From the IMG/VR virus record IMGVR_UViG_3300008448_000001, positions 1 to 64,000 of that record: a stretch of 64,000 bases of DNA, one strand, 5' to 3'. The position numbers and the translations under genes are program-made. This document shows, piece by piece, positions 63,334-64,000 of this stretch (the stretch's first letter is position 1; each line of letters begins with the position of its first letter). A model generated the notes under the pieces. The model saw only the letters and a program-made list of their open reading frames with translations, was not told the DNA's origin and did no database searches.

Positions 63334-64000
63334 ATGCAAAGCAAAACCCAGCCCCGGCATATCCTTGTAAGCGGTCACAGTGGTGCAGGTAAATCCACTG
63401 TGTCCGAGGCTTTGGCTAAGAAGCTCAAAATGCCTTTGCTATCGATAGACAATCACCCTGAGTTTCAAACGTTCCTGACGTCTAACCCGGCTGCAAGCCA
63501 CTTAGACCCTCGGCACGCGGAGGGTACGGCTTTTCACGATCTTATTAAGCGGTTAGCTGCTGAAACACTAGCTGAGGCCGACTCGCCTTCCGTTGTAGAG
63601 GGAACTCAGCTAACCCACTTAGAGCCAGAAGAACTGAGCAATTTTGCTGATCGCATTTATGTCCGGGGCAACGCAAGACAGGTTCAAGCTCAGCGGCTTG
63701 CAAGAGCTAAAGCAAGGTGGGATGAGAAAGGTAAAACTTGGACTAAAGATGTAACGGATCGCAAGAAAAAGCTAGGCAAAGCTGTTTATAGCTTTCACGA
63801 TCAACACGTAAAAAACTACAGTCGTATTCCTGGTACGATCAAGTACGATTGGCGTAATGCAAATAGCTTTGACGATTTGCTTACAAATCTGAAAGCTAGC
63901 CGCGAGAAAACTGCAGCAGTTCGCCAGCTGCTTTCTAAAGCGGAGCTTACGGGCTCACGTGGTAGAGCCCAGGTTCACATAGACCCGGCTGTCATTGACC
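63334..64000 (+). CDS. P-loop nucleotide-kinase-like domain protein (partial, runs off the window)
   Basis: my translation: ILVSGHSGAGKST...LLSID...VVEG...QRLAR; no stop before 64000. Confidence 0.75.
   Translation, partial: MQSKTQPRHILVSGHSGAGKSTVSEALAKKLKMPLLSIDNHPEFQTFLTSNPAASHLDPRHAEGTAFHDLIKRLAAETLAEADSPSVVEGTQLTHLEPEELSNFADRIYVRGNARQVQAQRLARAKARWDEKGKTWTKDVTDRKKKLGKAVYSFHDQHVKNYSRIPGTIKYDWRNANSFDDLLTNLKASREKTAAVRQLLSKAELTGSRGRAQVHIDPAVID

Noticed and set aside
1-64000. Alternative genetic code (stop-codon reassignment) as in some large phages
   Set aside because: Core genes are intact under code 11, and TAA, TAG and TGA all end genes at tight junctions.

Overview
This window looks like 64 kb of a large dsDNA tailed-phage genome (jumbo-like) in the standard genetic code. 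Genes are densely packed and almost all on the + strand. A GYF_2/DUF4282-type membrane protein tentatively hints at a Planctomycetota host. Layout: (1) 1-4.2 kb, accessory genes including a mosaic repeat protein. (2) 4.2-27 kb, a replication/recombination module: Mre11/SbcD, Rad50/SbcC, an IS110/Nop-like protein, a minimal Cas7-like RAMP, SF2 helicase, DnaB-like helicase, primase, UDG-domain-fused family A DNA polymerase, dTMP kinase, RecA-like protein, DEDDh exonuclease and endonuclease VII. (3) 30-36.6 kb, a putative portal plus a glycosyltransferase/methyltransferase cluster, closed by a terminator. (4) 36.7-58.2 kb, about 55 small accessory genes with repeat-bounded gene cassettes, many intergenic hairpins and one candidate structured ncRNA. 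(5) 58.3-64 kb, large virion-type modular proteins punctuated by K-x-A motifs. The best candidate for a novel system is the coupled Nop/IS110-like and Cas7-like RAMP gene pair (7484-8787), followed by twin hairpins and an SF2 helicase, with no CRISPR array, cas1/cas2 or obvious guide array in the window. No tRNA, rRNA or CRISPR array was seen. All family calls come from motif recognition by eye; no database search was run.
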